63,649 nucleotides of DNA, filler included, from Octopus bimaculoides (GCF_001194135.2; 5 parts of 4 records of this genome joined end to end with filler, not necessarily neighbours in it), one strand, 5' to 3'. Positions 1-12,255 are shown, counted from the whole stretch's first letter. The notes: generated by a model from the sequence alone, not told the origin. Numbers and translations: made by a program.

Positions 1-361
1 CTGTACTCATTTCCAATCCTCACCTTACTGGCAGCATCTCTGTACATGGCTCGCACAGCTCTCACTAACCATTCTTCTATCCCTAGTTTCCTCATTGACC
101 ACCAGATAAGGGATTGGGGTACCCTGTCAAAGGCTTTCTCCATGTCAACGAAAGCCAGGTACAGAGGTTTATCCTTGGCTAGGTATTTCTCCTGCAGCTG
201 TCTTACTAGAAATATGGCATCAGTAGTGCTTTTACCTGGCACGAACCAAAACTGCATCTCATCTAAATTGATTCGCTCCCTAATTAGTTGGGCTATGACC
301 CTCTCTGTAACTTTCATAACCTGATCTAACAGCTGTAGTTATTTGTATCTAAAGCGTCACC
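1..361 (-). mobile_element. RTE-clade LINE reverse-transcriptase fragment (runs off window start)
   Basis: Minus strand reads GDALDTNNYS, then after a frameshift LLDQVMKVTERVIAQLIRERINLDEMQFWFVPGKSTTDAIFLVRQLQEKYLAKDKPLYLAFVDMEKAFDRVPQSLIWWSMRKLGIEEWLVRAVRAMY. The QFGF..G.ST.DAIF, LQEK and FVD.EKAFD motifs are typical of RTE RT domains 1-3. Confidence 0.9.
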
Positions 362-1110
362 TTAAGGACAATGTTGGAAAATTGTTGGCAAAACTCATTC
401 TTGATCTGATCATTGGTGTCAAGAGTCAGGGCATGGGTGGAAATGGTGAGAATGAAACTGTCTTTTCCAAGTGTTACATGAAGAGTCATAAGCTGCTCAT
501 TGATGGCAATTGGAGTTAATTGATGATCATGCATGATTCAAGATTTGACAGCAAACCCAAAAAACACAGGTCCTTCTCTTTCCTTGATCCTTTTCTTTCC
601 AAAAAAAAAGTATATCCTGTACCTACCTCTTCAAGCTCTCCTTCAGCTGAAAATCATGTTTCATTCAGTGCAGCAATGTTAATACTGAGCCTAGCATCTT
701 CTTTAGAGACAAGGGTAGTTAATCTTTCAGGTTTATCTGAACAGTCAGTGTCCAAAAGGGTTCTCACATTCCCAGTTCCTAAGGTCAGTATTGCTTTGGC
801 CTTAGGGTTTCAGCTGGTTCCAGATTTAGTGTTATGACCACATGAAGGGGCCCACCAGATGTGGCTACTTTGTCAGATAGTAAAAGTGACCTCCATTGTT
901 TAGTCTTCCTTTTATCAGGTCTTCCCTACTTGGGGTGGGCAGTGGTAGTCCTCAAACGGCTTGAACAGACACAAGTGCAGGACTGGAGTCTCAAGTAGTC
1001 ACTGGGTCTTGGGAAGGCAACCATCATACAACCTCTGCCAATGTGTAGGTCTGGACTAGGAGCTCCAATTTCACCTAAGCCTGCTTCTATTATCCTTATC
1101 CCACTACCAT
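362..1110 (-). mobile_element. RTE/BovB-like LINE 5' end: 5'UTR plus degraded AP-endonuclease N-terminus
   Basis: Minus-strand pieces LGTGNVRTLLD..KPER, INIAALNET*FSAEGELEEVGTGYTFFWK, GFAVKS, AINEQLMTLHVTLGKD..ISTHALTL..IKNEFCQQ match the RTE APE pattern WNVRTL/IAALSETR/GYTFFW/GFAIK/NERLMTL, with stops and frameshifts. The 5'UTR boundary is a guess. Confidence 0.8.
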
Positions 1111-1130
1111 TGGACTTTACACATTTCGGA

Positions 1131-1358
1131 TTAACCCTTTCATTACCAACCCAGCTGAAACTGGCTCTGGCTCTGAGTGCAAATGTCTTGTTTTCATAAG
1201 TTTTAAAATAAAATCTTCCACCAAACCTTAGTCACAATTTATGTTCCTAACACTAGCTGAATGATAACCAAGTTATTTTACTAAATTCTTTATTATATTT
1301 AAAGTAACTGAAAGAAACACAGAGCATCTCTAAAGAAATACAGTAACAAAAGGGTTAA
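1131..1358. mobile_element. piggyBac-type MITE
   Basis: TTAA at 1131-1134 and 1355-1358 flank inverted ends CCCTTTCATTAC and GTAACAAAAGGG (10/12 match); no coding capacity. Confidence 0.75.
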
Positions 1359-1910
1359 GCATGGAAAGAAGAAGCAGGAAAGTAAGTTGAACAGTAGAAA
1401 CAGGAAATCCAGATTTGTAGAAAGTAAGAGAGCCAATCGTATGGGTTTGATTAAAGTGGGCCATAACTTGCCAGGAGGTGACCCATGCTCTGTGATTTCA
1501 AGACCGTCTTCTGTGGTACATGAAGCATGAGACAGACAGGATCTGGAGATGAAACTACAATGGACTACCACAGATTCTAAGTTATGGTTGAATTGCACCA
1601 TCATAGCCAGTCTATCTGGAATTTCCCGCTTCTGCTGGCATAAACCATTGAGAACATTTCATCATAACAATATACAGAGTTCTTCTGCGATTGGTGAGTT
1701 GCTGGTTGATGGAAGAGAGTCAGCCTGTGACTCTCCTTTGACAGATTTTATTTTTAATTCTGCTGGTTACCCATCACATCCTTCTCAAAGGGACATACTC
1801 AAAGAGAGGAGTTGTTTTAGTTGGTGACACCCTGATCATGTCCTGGGAGGGTAGGGGGTGCATGATTACCTGTTTTTAGTTCCAGTCCAGAACCAAACTA
1901 ATTATAATAA

Positions 1911-2110
1911 TGGTTTCAAATTATGGCACAAGGCCAGCAATTTCAATTATATCGAACTCAGTGCTCAACTGGTACCTATTTTATCAACCTTGAAAGGATG
2001 AAAGGTAAAGTCTCTCTCAGAGGCATTTGAACTCAGAATGTAGAGAGCTAGAAGAAATGCCACTGAACATTTTGTCCAACACAGTAACAATTCTGCATGA
2101 TCATTGCCTT
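1911..2110 (-). mobile_element. tRNA-derived SINE family A, tail type C, CpG-decayed
   Basis: Matches the window-wide consensus (aaggatgaaagg.aaagtc, atttgaactcagaa); the CpGs seen in other copies are mostly TpG/CpA here. Confidence 0.8.
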
Positions 2111-3214
2111 TAATAATTGCAAATTACTTATTGATGATATATTTATATTATACAGTATATTCATTGAATATTTTGATTAGAAATTGAAACAATTGTATTA
2201 AGTCTAATTATTCTCAGTCTACACTACTTGGAGAAAGTCACCCACTCTTACAAGACTATCATTCAAACCACAAGGGATACTGCAGAATCTTCATTTCTTC
2301 CACTTCTCAAACATGATAGTTCTGGAAGCAGAGAATGATTTTACATTGGCTGCCAGATTTGCATTCAGCACCACTCAGCATACACTTGGTAATATCCTCC
2401 AATACAGGTAGGAGACATTTTGGTCCAGCTGTTTTGGTGACACCTATTTGGCATCACTGATCCATTACTGACTTATTTGAAGTTAGATGTTTTAATATTT
2501 CAGTCATTCTCTCTCCCACTCCCTCTCTTTCTCTTTCTCTCTCCCTCCCTGTCTTTTCTTCTCTTTCTGTTAATGTGTGTATAGTCATTTATGTGTATGA
2601 GAAAGAAAGCATTTATATCAATTATGTTCAATTAATAAATTGTAATCTCTCTCTCTCTCTGACTCTTTCTGTCTGCATGTGTATATTTCTTAGTGAATAC
2701 CAAAATGTACTGTCACCAAAGCAAGTTAAATGTCCAATTAGGCATGTCAAATTGTCAATGTCCAAACAGCTGCACCAAATCCTCCTTGATTTTTCTGTGA
2801 GATTCTAACTATAATGTAGCAAACAATCCTCACACAGTATACTTAGCTGGGGGAATTGGTTTGGCTGGCTGAGTATAGGTGTAGTATGTTTGCTGTGAAA
2901 AAACAGATTTTTTAAATTCCATGTCCCACTAAACAAAAAAGACAAAAATTCTCTGGAGATAAGCCCCATGTTGGAAATCACTGGTCTACTCTAATCTTTG
3001 GCAGTTAAGTGTCTAAAAATATCATGCCAAATCTGCCCTGTATCCATGTGGAGAGGCTTCAAAAACTTTTCCAACGCTAACTTCACAATCTTGTCTCTTT
3101 CAATAACAGTAAATAAAACACAATTACCTCACATATTAAAAAAACGTTGTCACTTTTCATTCACTTCTCTCAAACTTTAACATTGTGCAACATCATATGA
3201 GTAGAACCCTCAAG

Positions 3215-3650
3215 ATCACTTCAAATGCTAGGCCTCACTACACAGAATATCTACAAAGACTGCATCTCATAAGCAATCGCTTCTCTTCATAGCAAGAAAA
3301 TACTTTAGTTCCAAGCAATTACTGACCCTCTAAGGTGAGATTCATAATGGAATACAGTTTCCTGAGAATATCGGCAAAGACTGTATCTCATAAACAGTCA
3401 TATCTCTTCAGAGGCAGAAAATACTTTAGTTCTAAACAATTACTGACGCTCTAAGAGCCTCAGATGAGACCACAATGGAATATAGCTTCCACATCAGGGA
3501 TGATGCTGCAGCTTCTCACACAGGTATCCTACAGCCCATCTCAATAAAGGCCACTGATATAAAGTCATTGAGAAAGACTCCAGCAGATGTGTTCTCTCTT
3601 CTAGCCACCGTTTCTATCATTATTATAATGACTTCTGCATGTTGGTGTTG
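3215..3650 (+). mobile_element. CR1/Jockey-like LINE 3' RT fragment with internal ~121-bp tandem duplication
   Basis: Translates to LFIARKYFSSKQLLTL..MEYSF twice (units start 3244 and 3365), then MEYSFHIRDDAAASHTGIL..FYHYYNDFC, matching the RARKYF..QLLTL..MEYCSHIWGG..FYRYY tail of these LINEs. Confidence 0.7.
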
Positions 3651-3759
3651 AGTATTTTTGTGTCACCTCCATTCATTCATTTGTCATTGACTCTCCCTCT
3701 TAAACTAGTCCTTTTCAGAATGTCAGTCATCATGAATATTCTCCTTGTGCATTTTCTTC

Positions 3760-5920
3760 TTTTGCGAGGCCGCCAGTGTGCAACAGGCTAAGCGGAACGT
3801 TGGTGTCATAACTGTCACTGGCCTTGAAGAGTCTGCCAAAGAATTACTTCTAGCAATGAAAAAGCGCATTCTTCTGTTGAGCATAGAAGGGAGGTAACTA
3901 CTGAATGCTAGAACCAAAAATGAAAAACCAAAAAAGTCAAGAAACTGAGAACACCTGAACAAACATAAACAAATGAAAGTAAGATGGCCGTTTCATGTTG
4001 ATCTTGTCTGGAATGTGACCAGAGTTGCGTTTAGTAAGTTGTTCTCATTTATAACATGTGACTTCAGAAACTTATTATCTTGTTCGTATGTAACATGCAT
4101 TTTTGTTGCTTTTTCATATCATTTTTATGCGTGTCAACTGTTGTCAATTAAAAATATAATCAGTTTATGGTAAGTGCTATCTTATTTCCGTCCCTTTAAA
4201 GAGATAATAACTTTCAATTAGTCTTTCGCTAATATCGGTTTTAGTTAATTACAGCTTATCACCGTATTCGCTTATCACGTAATTCTACAGCTATATTGCA
4301 GATTATTTGTATATTGCACACAAATTGGTTCGATCTTGATTCGTTTTCTCAGCTGTTCCAGTCTGAATGCTGAAAAGAGCAAATGATCTAAATACGATAG
4401 ACAGAAATAAAATCTCAGGAAAATTCACAGGAAAAATATGTCACATTTTATTTAAATAGCGTCAGTAATAGTTAAGATAATTAAACGATATTTCAAGTTG
4501 CTTGTTAACTGGCGTATCTGACTTGTACACAATAACAAAACAGTTGATATAAACGTCATGCCGATGTTACAAAATCGCATGTTTATTCAATCGCAAGTAA
4601 AACAAAGTAAGAAGAAGAAAAAAAAGAAAACAATTAAATCAGTTATATATTGGTGACTTATTTTTCCTGGATTTATAAAAACTTGCGTACATATCTTTAT
4701 TGCTTCACATTGTCAACTTTCTGCGCAGAAACACCTGTGGGTAATTCTTTAAAAAAAATTAAACTTTTGACGTAAGGATTAAAATATAAGAACAACAAAC
4801 ATTTCTAATTCATGTTCACAGAGTGTTATTTGAACAAAAAAATTTTTTCATTACACAATCGGTTCAACGTTAAGAAACATTTGTGAACTACAGTGTTCGA
4901 AATAAAATTCCACAAACTTTATTTTTATATATTCATACATTGTGATGAAAGTAACATATATATGTTTTTTTCTAATACTTTGGTCGTTCCCTTCCTATCA
5001 CTAAAGATTAGAATGTGGTTCCATTGTATTTTGTGTTTGGAGGTTTATTTACTTTTGCCCTTTAACTGTTACACTGATAATGCATCTATCAACAAACGCC
5101 AAAGTTCTTTTTATAAGGATTCTCAGACCCAATAATAATACTAATAAAACTATCCCTTTTCCAGACTTCAAATGGCTATAGATCTCCTTTGGATTTGTTA
5201 GTTATAAAGAGAAAAATAAATCAATAACTTTTGGAAATTATATATTCTTTTAAACAACTGAGATAACTCCGGTTGTTACTTCGGACTTACACGTCATACA
5301 GTAATATTTTATTCTATATTAAAGTTTGTGCTTTACTGGATTAGCTCTTTTTATACGTGTACTTCGTTCCCCTTAAATTCCCTAGCATCTAGAGAAATTG
5401 CATATTTAATGTTTACTATGAAACATTTTAAAATAATTTTGAATTCTGTAGAGGGTTTAAAATGGCATATAGCTTTGGAATCTTGTCGTGTCGTTAGTGT
5501 GGTAGTCGATGTAAACAAACTACATGTAAGGTACACCAACCCCTTTTTTAAAAAAACCTGTCGCAGAATGAGTTTTACCTGCATTCGATACTAGTAATCC
5601 TGTTATAGAAATCAATTCAGCTGATATATTTCCATGTTTTAATCAAGTAGAAAATATTACTAAAACTTGAAAATTTCTTGTGATCCATTCTACAAAGATC
5701 ATTATCTACCTGCATTTGAATTAGCTCATAAAGACATCTCTTGTGTTCTCTCGTGACATTAGGTAAGACAATTGCTCTAATTACCATGGTTCTGCCATTC
5801 CTATTCGCAGATCAACAATTTTCGTTATGGTAAGAACAGTTTTAAAACGCGTTTCAATAATTAACACAAATGTATGGCTGTAGCGTAACCCTCACCCACA
5901 AGTTCGGAAAGAGTGAGCGT
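3760..5920. promoter_or_regulatory. CpG-retaining promoter-like region; YY1-like AAGATGGCCG near 3980; + strand donors GTAAGT at 4034 and 4170
   Basis: About 16 CpG counted in 4200-4600, against a handful per several hundred bp in 361-3700 and most of 6200-9900. Probable TSS region for the zinc-finger gene (inference). Confidence 0.45.
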
Positions 5921-6192
5921 AAAATATAAAAATGCATTATAGAATTTTATAAATTCTTTATTGAATGGGTGTTTCTTTCTATACTATACAGGAATTTAAT
6001 GTATTATTCCTTAATGTAAACATAGTTCTGTAGATGTCGTATTTCTAGGAAACATTGATAAATTTGTACTCTAAGAATTTTATTTTATGTCATTGTTTAT
6101 TAAATTGGGGAAAGGTGGAGGTGACAAGATCTGAACTCAGATTACTGACTTTACAAATGAATTAGAGTATTTTGTTTGGTATTGTCATCGTA

Positions 6193-7429
6193 TACTAAAG
6201 TGGGGAGAAAAGTTCGTAGGTTAAGTTTGAAGGAGTGATACTAAAGTTGTGAAATCTGGCATGCATTAATTTCAACTCATCTTATTAATAACTGCATTGT
6301 TTCTTTCCAGGTAAACTGACATCTGACTGTTCAAAGAAGATTTCAAAAGTAACTAGTAGTGACTTCTCTTGAAAATGAACAAAACTTGGCATTGTGATGT
6401 TATCAAGTATGTGCAGAAAAGGGTTTAGCCCCCAAGGACATTCATGCTGATAAGGGATGATGCTCCAGCTTTATCAACAGTGCAAAAGTGGGCAGCTGAA
6501 TTTAGGAGAGGTAGGGAGAGACTTGAAGATGATCCAAAGTCTGGAGGTCCTGCAACTGCCATCACAAAGGAAAACATTGATTGTGTTCACTACACATGGT
6601 GATGGATGACAGATGATTGATTATAAATCTAATAGTCAATGCTATTAGCACATTCTGTGAGAGAGTTGAGAATATTCTGCACAATGGGTGCCATGTCTTC
6701 TGACACCTGATCAAAAGTGCACCAGGCTGATCACATCACGGGGAAAATTTGACATTGTTTGAGGCAGATCCAGCTGGTTTTCTTCAACGTTTCCTAACAC
6801 AGGATGAGTATTGGGTTCATCATTTTGAGCCAGAGACAAAGAGACAGTTCATGCAGTGGAAACACCCTTCCTCACCTATTCCAAAGAAGGCTAAAGTTGT
6901 TTTATTGGCAGGGAAGGTGATGGCCTCAGTTTTTGGGATGCAAAAGGCATTATGTTTATTGACTATCTTCAAAAGGTACATACCATCAATGGAAAGTGCC
7001 AACTTGCCAAGGCAGTTATAGAAAGCTAACAAGACAAAAAAAAAAAACAGGGAAACTGACAAAAGGCATTATGTTTCATCAGGACGATGTTCTAGGTTTA
7101 AATCATTGTTATGTGTGATTGGCATTGAACTGGTTGGTCACCCTCCCTATTCTCTTGATTTGGCCCCATCTGACTATCAGCTGTTCCCCAACATGAAAAA
7201 ACTCTTGGCTAGGAACCAATATCACAGTGATGATGACATCTTTTTTTGTTGTTGATGGCTTTTTGTTCAACAGGATGAAAGCTTCTTCGCCAGTGGGATC
7301 CAAGCATGGCAACACCCATGGAAGAAGTGTGTAGACAAGGGGGACCAAGTTGAAAAATAAAACTCATTTGGTCACATTCCATGAGAGTACCTTGGTCAGC
7401 CTATGAACTTTTCAGCCAACCCTTGCCTA
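6193..7429 (+). mobile_element. Mariner (D,D34D) transposon, near full length, inactivated transposase about 6375-7360
   Basis: Diverged TIRs (GAAAAGTTCGTAGGTTAA left; TCAGCCTATGAACTTTTCAGCCAACCC right). Motifs STVQKWAAEFRRGR, WVPCLLTPDQK, TQDEYWVHHFEPETKRQ, KVMASVF, HQD, HPPYSLDLAPSDYQLFPNMKK, WKKCV and stop TAA at 7358, with several frameshifts and deletions. Confidence 0.95.
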
Positions 7430-9853
7430 GGATATTGGACATGTTAGAGGGATGAACTATTGTTTGTTCAGCTGATTATTACCAATTTAGAACCAGCCAC
7501 ATGCTTCAGCTGCCTAAAAATTCACTGTTACTACTCTAACAATTATTAGGGTACTACTGACCCAACTAGAGAACATCTACATGGTCACAACTTGATAAAA
7601 ATGAATGGATTTGAACTCAACATTGCAAGCTAATGAGCACTTATCAATTTATAGTCCTTCTGTTTCATAAAACTGTGAACTTTACTTCCTTGTATGCTAT
7701 ATTGATAAAGAGATTAGATTAATAATAGTTTACTACATTGAGTTGAGATATATATAGCACCAAGGATAGAGTTGAACTTGTTATTGACATTCCTAACTTA
7801 AAAAAAAAAAAACAGGTATAAAATAAATCAACAAAAGAGTCTATTTATAGTTACTAACCTGTTTAAAACAGTAGTTGAATATCCCTCAAATCATTCATTA
7901 AAATAAATGGAAAAGCTACAAATTGGATAATATATTCCTGTTAGCACCATGACTGAAAAGAGACTGGATATTAAGTTATAGGTCAGCTGCATCAAGATCT
8001 AGGCAATAGCATCTAAATAATAATTAAAAAGAAAGAAGTCAACGAAGTTAGTATATAAATACAGTATTGTCTGTCGAGTATAAATTGCTTTGGTTATTTT
8101 CAGTAATGGAAGAAGTTAAAGAAAGCTTTGATTAACGAATAGAAAATACATCTCGGAAAGAATCAGCAATTCAAGGGAGACAATCGTAATTTTTATTAAC
8201 TAAACGTCGCAGTTGTCTCTTTTACAAGTAGAGCTTCAAATTTTCATGATATAAACATTTTTTTGACTATATTAATTCAAGGCAGCTATTATTTCATATT
8301 CAAACATTTAAATAAGTCATGTTTTTAGTCTCAAGTAAACAACATTGGTTTTCTTTTTTTTTAAGACAGTAGAGAATGATATGAGGGAGATATTTTCAGG
8401 AGCTGGAACAACCACAAAGTGATCTCCTTGTTTTAAAATAAAATCTTATCTATTGCAAAGTTTCTATAAAGATTCTTAGATTCTTATTGTTTTTCTCTTG
8501 CCTTACCATCGTACTTGATCTTCAAGATTTTTTATGATCACACCATGAATAAAAAATTTCTTCAATATCAGAATTTAGAATTTTTTTTCAGATTTTCCTG
8601 GAATAGGAAGCTGAGAGTTTAAGAAGTGAGTTGTTTTAAAGGTTAGTATTTTGTTGTATTCTTTTCTTAATCCAGACAGAAATATGAAGATCCCAGTAAC
8701 GAATACAACTGATTTTAATCAATATAGGATGGTTGCAGTTTTTGCCTACAGGATATAGATACTATTGTAAGCAAAATGGTTTCAGCAATATTTGAACCCA
8801 AGAATTTACTTAGAGGATATGCTTTGTAATTAACTGAGAGTGTTAATTTCTATGAGACCACAGAGTATTATTGATAGAAAGGGGTGTTTTTGATCAGAAA
8901 AGTATTATTTGATGTTTATGGCTACAACACCACTTTAATTTCAGTCTGTCTACCAAGCAAACCATCATATTGTTGATTTATAGATTATTTGATTTAATAT
9001 GTTAATCACTGTGTGGTAAATATATAACTTAATTTGATTTTCTTACAAGAAATTCTGTGACATCCTTTCTTTCAAGTTAATCGAAAAGTAGTTTACTAGA
9101 AATAGATTGATATATTATCAGTAGCTGTCATGTGTTTAAACCTATATATGCCACAGAAAAAGCATGTAATTAGGCTAATATTTGTTTTATAAATTTCTGA
9201 GTTTGGAAATATATTGAAATTATTTTATAAATTTCAGTTCTCTAAATTTCCTTCTTCCCCAGAAAGGTAACCTTCTGGAATTCTCTCTCAGCTTATAATT
9301 CTTCCTACAGGCATTATCTTACAGCTATTATTCCAGAGGAACATTAATCATGTTAATCTCTTTGGTCTTCGCATAAAACAGCCATAAGAATAACCTCTTC
9401 CCTCAAGCCAAACTATATTTTCTCTGTTATTAAATTGCAAAACACTTTGAATAATACTTATTATACATGTAAGAAATTTGAACAAATATTTTACTAGTGT
9501 ATCCATTATAAACATTAGATTTGATTTTATTGTTTGAATGAAAAGAAATGCATTGCATTTATTTGCAATATACCACATGAATGTTTCAGTAAAATCTACT
9601 GAAAAACGACCCAAATCCACAGTATATCTATTTTCAAAAATTCAACTATTTTCCTCTTTACCATTTGTATTAAGTTTGATTAAAGAGTGTTTTCAAAGAT
9701 ATGAATTGAGTATGTACCTTTATTAAGCTTCTAAATTTTAATGGTAAAAGCTTCAGTTCAGTATTTCAAAGTTGTGTTGCATAATTCTTGTCTATTTTAT
9801 TTCTCTAGGTCCATAAGAATTACTTTATATATCTGGGCACCTCATAACACAAA

Positions 9854-9915
9854 ATGAAGAAGCCTACCTGTGACCTTTGTGGAAAGATGTTCTCTCGCCG
9901 AGACAACATGGAGAG
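9854..9915 (+). CDS. N-terminus of a C2H2 zinc-finger protein (MKKPTCDLCGKMFSRRDNMER...), truncated by an assembly spacer
   Basis: Pyrimidine-rich acceptor ttctctAG at 9807-9808, a 45-nt UTR, then AAA-ATG at 9854. Spacing C-x2-C-x3-F-x5-M-x2 is exact for a C2H2 finger; the His would fall in the N gap. Confidence 0.7.
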
Positions 9916-10015
9916 NNNNNNNNNNNNNNNNNNNNNNNNNNNNNNNNNNNNNNNNNNNNTTAATTAATTAANNNNNNNNNNNNNNNNNNNNNNNNNNNNN
10001 NNNNNNNNNNNNNNN
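9916..10015. other. Artificial scaffold spacer 44N-TTAATTAATTAA-44N
   Basis: Exactly 100 bp; the 12-mer gives stops in all six frames; the same structure occurs four times. Confidence 0.95.
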
Positions 10016-10065
<50 letters not shown>

Positions 10066-11186
10066 GCAAACACAAACATGTATGAGTAGAAGTGTGTGTG
10101 TATTCCATACATGCATACATTCATATAGATACTTGATTTCTCAGTTGTGTTTGTTTATTTTAGATTTCGTTTAGGTTTTTATCGTCCTTCTTTATTTATT
10201 TATTAGTAAATATTGCTATCTTTTCATCCATTCATTTATTCGCTGGTTCTTCGTTATTCGGCAGTACAGTTAATTGGAGTCTTAGCGTCGTCTATCCTAT
10301 AAATCTGCAATTAAGATTAAGTACATCATCAATGAAATTTAATTGTTTTTCTTCTTCAGTTTCTTTTTTTCCTCTTTCTCTTTCTCTCTAATTATAGTGT
10401 TATCTGATATTTTAAATTCATTTATTGATATATTATTTACTTGTATATTTATTTTTTCATCGATATTGCACTCACCTGTACTTTCCCGAAGTTATAAGCT
10501 TCTTAGCAATTTATTTCTCAAGTGATAGAAACCAATAAGATTACGTTTGCTTAAATTCTAAATGTTCTCATCTAATAGTTGCCATCAACATAACCACCAT
10601 CAAAGCTACTATCATCATCATCAACAGCAGCAGCAGCAGCTGCACCTCAGTCATCACTCTTCTACTAACAACGACAGCAACTGTAACAACAGCAAAAATG
10701 GAATCCAAGCCAACAAGCGAATTCTATTGCTTTTTCCCTCGCCGGCTGGTTTGTAAGGTTGTTAGAAATAGTGACCAAATTTCCCTTAGATTATACCGTA
10801 CCGCCTCGGGATACGGTATTATTTAAGGGATTAACTTAAACTTATCTAGGGATTAACTAGAAGGTGCATGGCATGCTTTTCAGCATTGTCTCTGTTCAGT
10901 CAATGGGTCTGGGCTAAACGGCAATAACAATAACAGAAAGACCAGTACTATCCTCCTCATCATCAGGTACCAACAATCTTCATTCACAAACATATACATC
11001 ATCTCTATTATTATCCTCTCCAACAACACCGCATTCGACATCACCATTAGTGAGTAGGATCATGACCAACAGCTACCTCACCATCCCAAAAGTCACCACC
11101 AACAACTCTATTTCAGTTACCATCACTCCCTGCTTAACCATCAATCATCTCAACCTTATTAATATCATCGATATTACTAAACCATC

Positions 11187-11403
11187 AGGCGGCGAGCTGG
11201 AAGAATCGTTAGCACGCTGGGCGAAATGCTTAGCGGAATTTCGTCAGTCTTTATGTTCTGAGTTCAAATTCCGCCGAGGTAGACTTTGCCTTTCATCCCT
11301 TCGATAAAGAGGTCGATAAATTAAGTACCAGTTGCGTACTAGGGTTGCTCTAATCAACCGGATCCCTCCCCTAAAATTTCGGGCCTTGTGCCTAGAGTAG
11401 AAA
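11187..11403 (+). mobile_element. SINE family A, full length, tail type B
   Basis: tRNA-like head with A box (TGGAAGAATCGTT) and B box (GAGTTCAAATTCC), central GCCTTTCATCC..GTCGATAAATTAAGTACCAG, tail GGCCTTGTGCCTAGAGTAGAAA. Confidence 0.9.
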
Positions 11404-11749
11404 CATATTTACCAAGCCAACACCACCATCATTGCCATTGAAATACTTATTGTCTGTAACACCCTGTACACCTACCCAGCAAGGGTGACTCGATAGACAA
11501 AAATCAATTGTCTGAAAGAGCAAAAGAATTTCTTTCGAATTATATCTTAATGACTTCGAAAGTGAATAACAAATCGGTATGCAACGCTCAACAGGAAAGC
11601 GAGATTGCCATAGTTAGAATACCTTTAACAACAACCATCCCAAACCTCGTGACTAACACCATTTCAATTACCATCACCCTCTACTTAATCATCAATCATG
11701 TCGACGTTATTAATATCATGAATATTATCAGGCCATCACCATCATCATT

Positions 11750-11905
11750 CTTTTCTACACCAGGCACAAAGACCGACATTTTGGTGGGAGGGGGCCAGTC
11801 GATTAGATGGACTCTAGTACGAAGCTGATACTTAATTTATCGACCCCGAAAGGACGAAAGGCAAGGTCGACTTCTGCGGATTTTTTAACTCAGAACGTAA
11901 AAACA
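11750..11905 (-). mobile_element. SINE family A, partial, tail type B
   Basis: Reverse-complement match to the central domain and tail of the 11187 copy. Confidence 0.8.
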
Positions 11906-12255
11906 GAAGCTTACTTACCAACCACATGGTTCCGGGTTCAGTCCCACTGCGTGGCACCTTGGGCTAGTGTCTTCTACTATAGCCTCGGGTCGGCCAAAGC
12001 CTTGTGAGTAAATTTGGTAGACGGAAACTGAAAGAAGCCCGTCGTATATATATAGATAGATGTGTGTGTGTGCGTGCGTGTGTTTATCCCCCACCATCGC
12101 TTGACAACCGATCTTGGTGTGTTTACGTCCCCCGAAACTTAGCGGTTCGGGAAAAGAGACCGATAGAATAAGTTCTAGGTTTACAAAGAATAGGTCCGCG
12201 GTGCTCCAGCGTGGCAGCAGTCAAATGACTGAAACAAATAAAAGGATAAAAGAGT
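11905..12255 (+). mobile_element. SINE family B (tRNA-derived, CCTTGGGCAAGT-type core, internal TA/TG microsatellite)
   Basis: ggttccgggttcagtcccactgcgtggcaccttgggc...gccttgtgag...gaaactgaaagaagcccgtcg recurs at 29075-29470(-), 49405-49560(-), 51160-51380, 54470-54800(+) and 61945-62390(-). Confidence 0.85.

Noticed and set aside
2987-3100. Minus-strand peptide DKIVKLALEKFLKPLHMDTGQIWHDIFRHLTAKD*
   Set aside because: Looks protein-like, but the acceptor is weak, I recognise no homologue and it is short enough to be chance.
3723-3962. 79-aa minus-strand ORF
   Set aside because: No domain similarity; begins at a non-ATG codon in a T-rich stretch; better explained as promoter-proximal sequence.
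10794-10820. Hairpin ATACCGTA...TACGGTAT
   Set aside because: Only an 8-bp stem; at most a pogo-type MITE footprint, which cannot be supported further.
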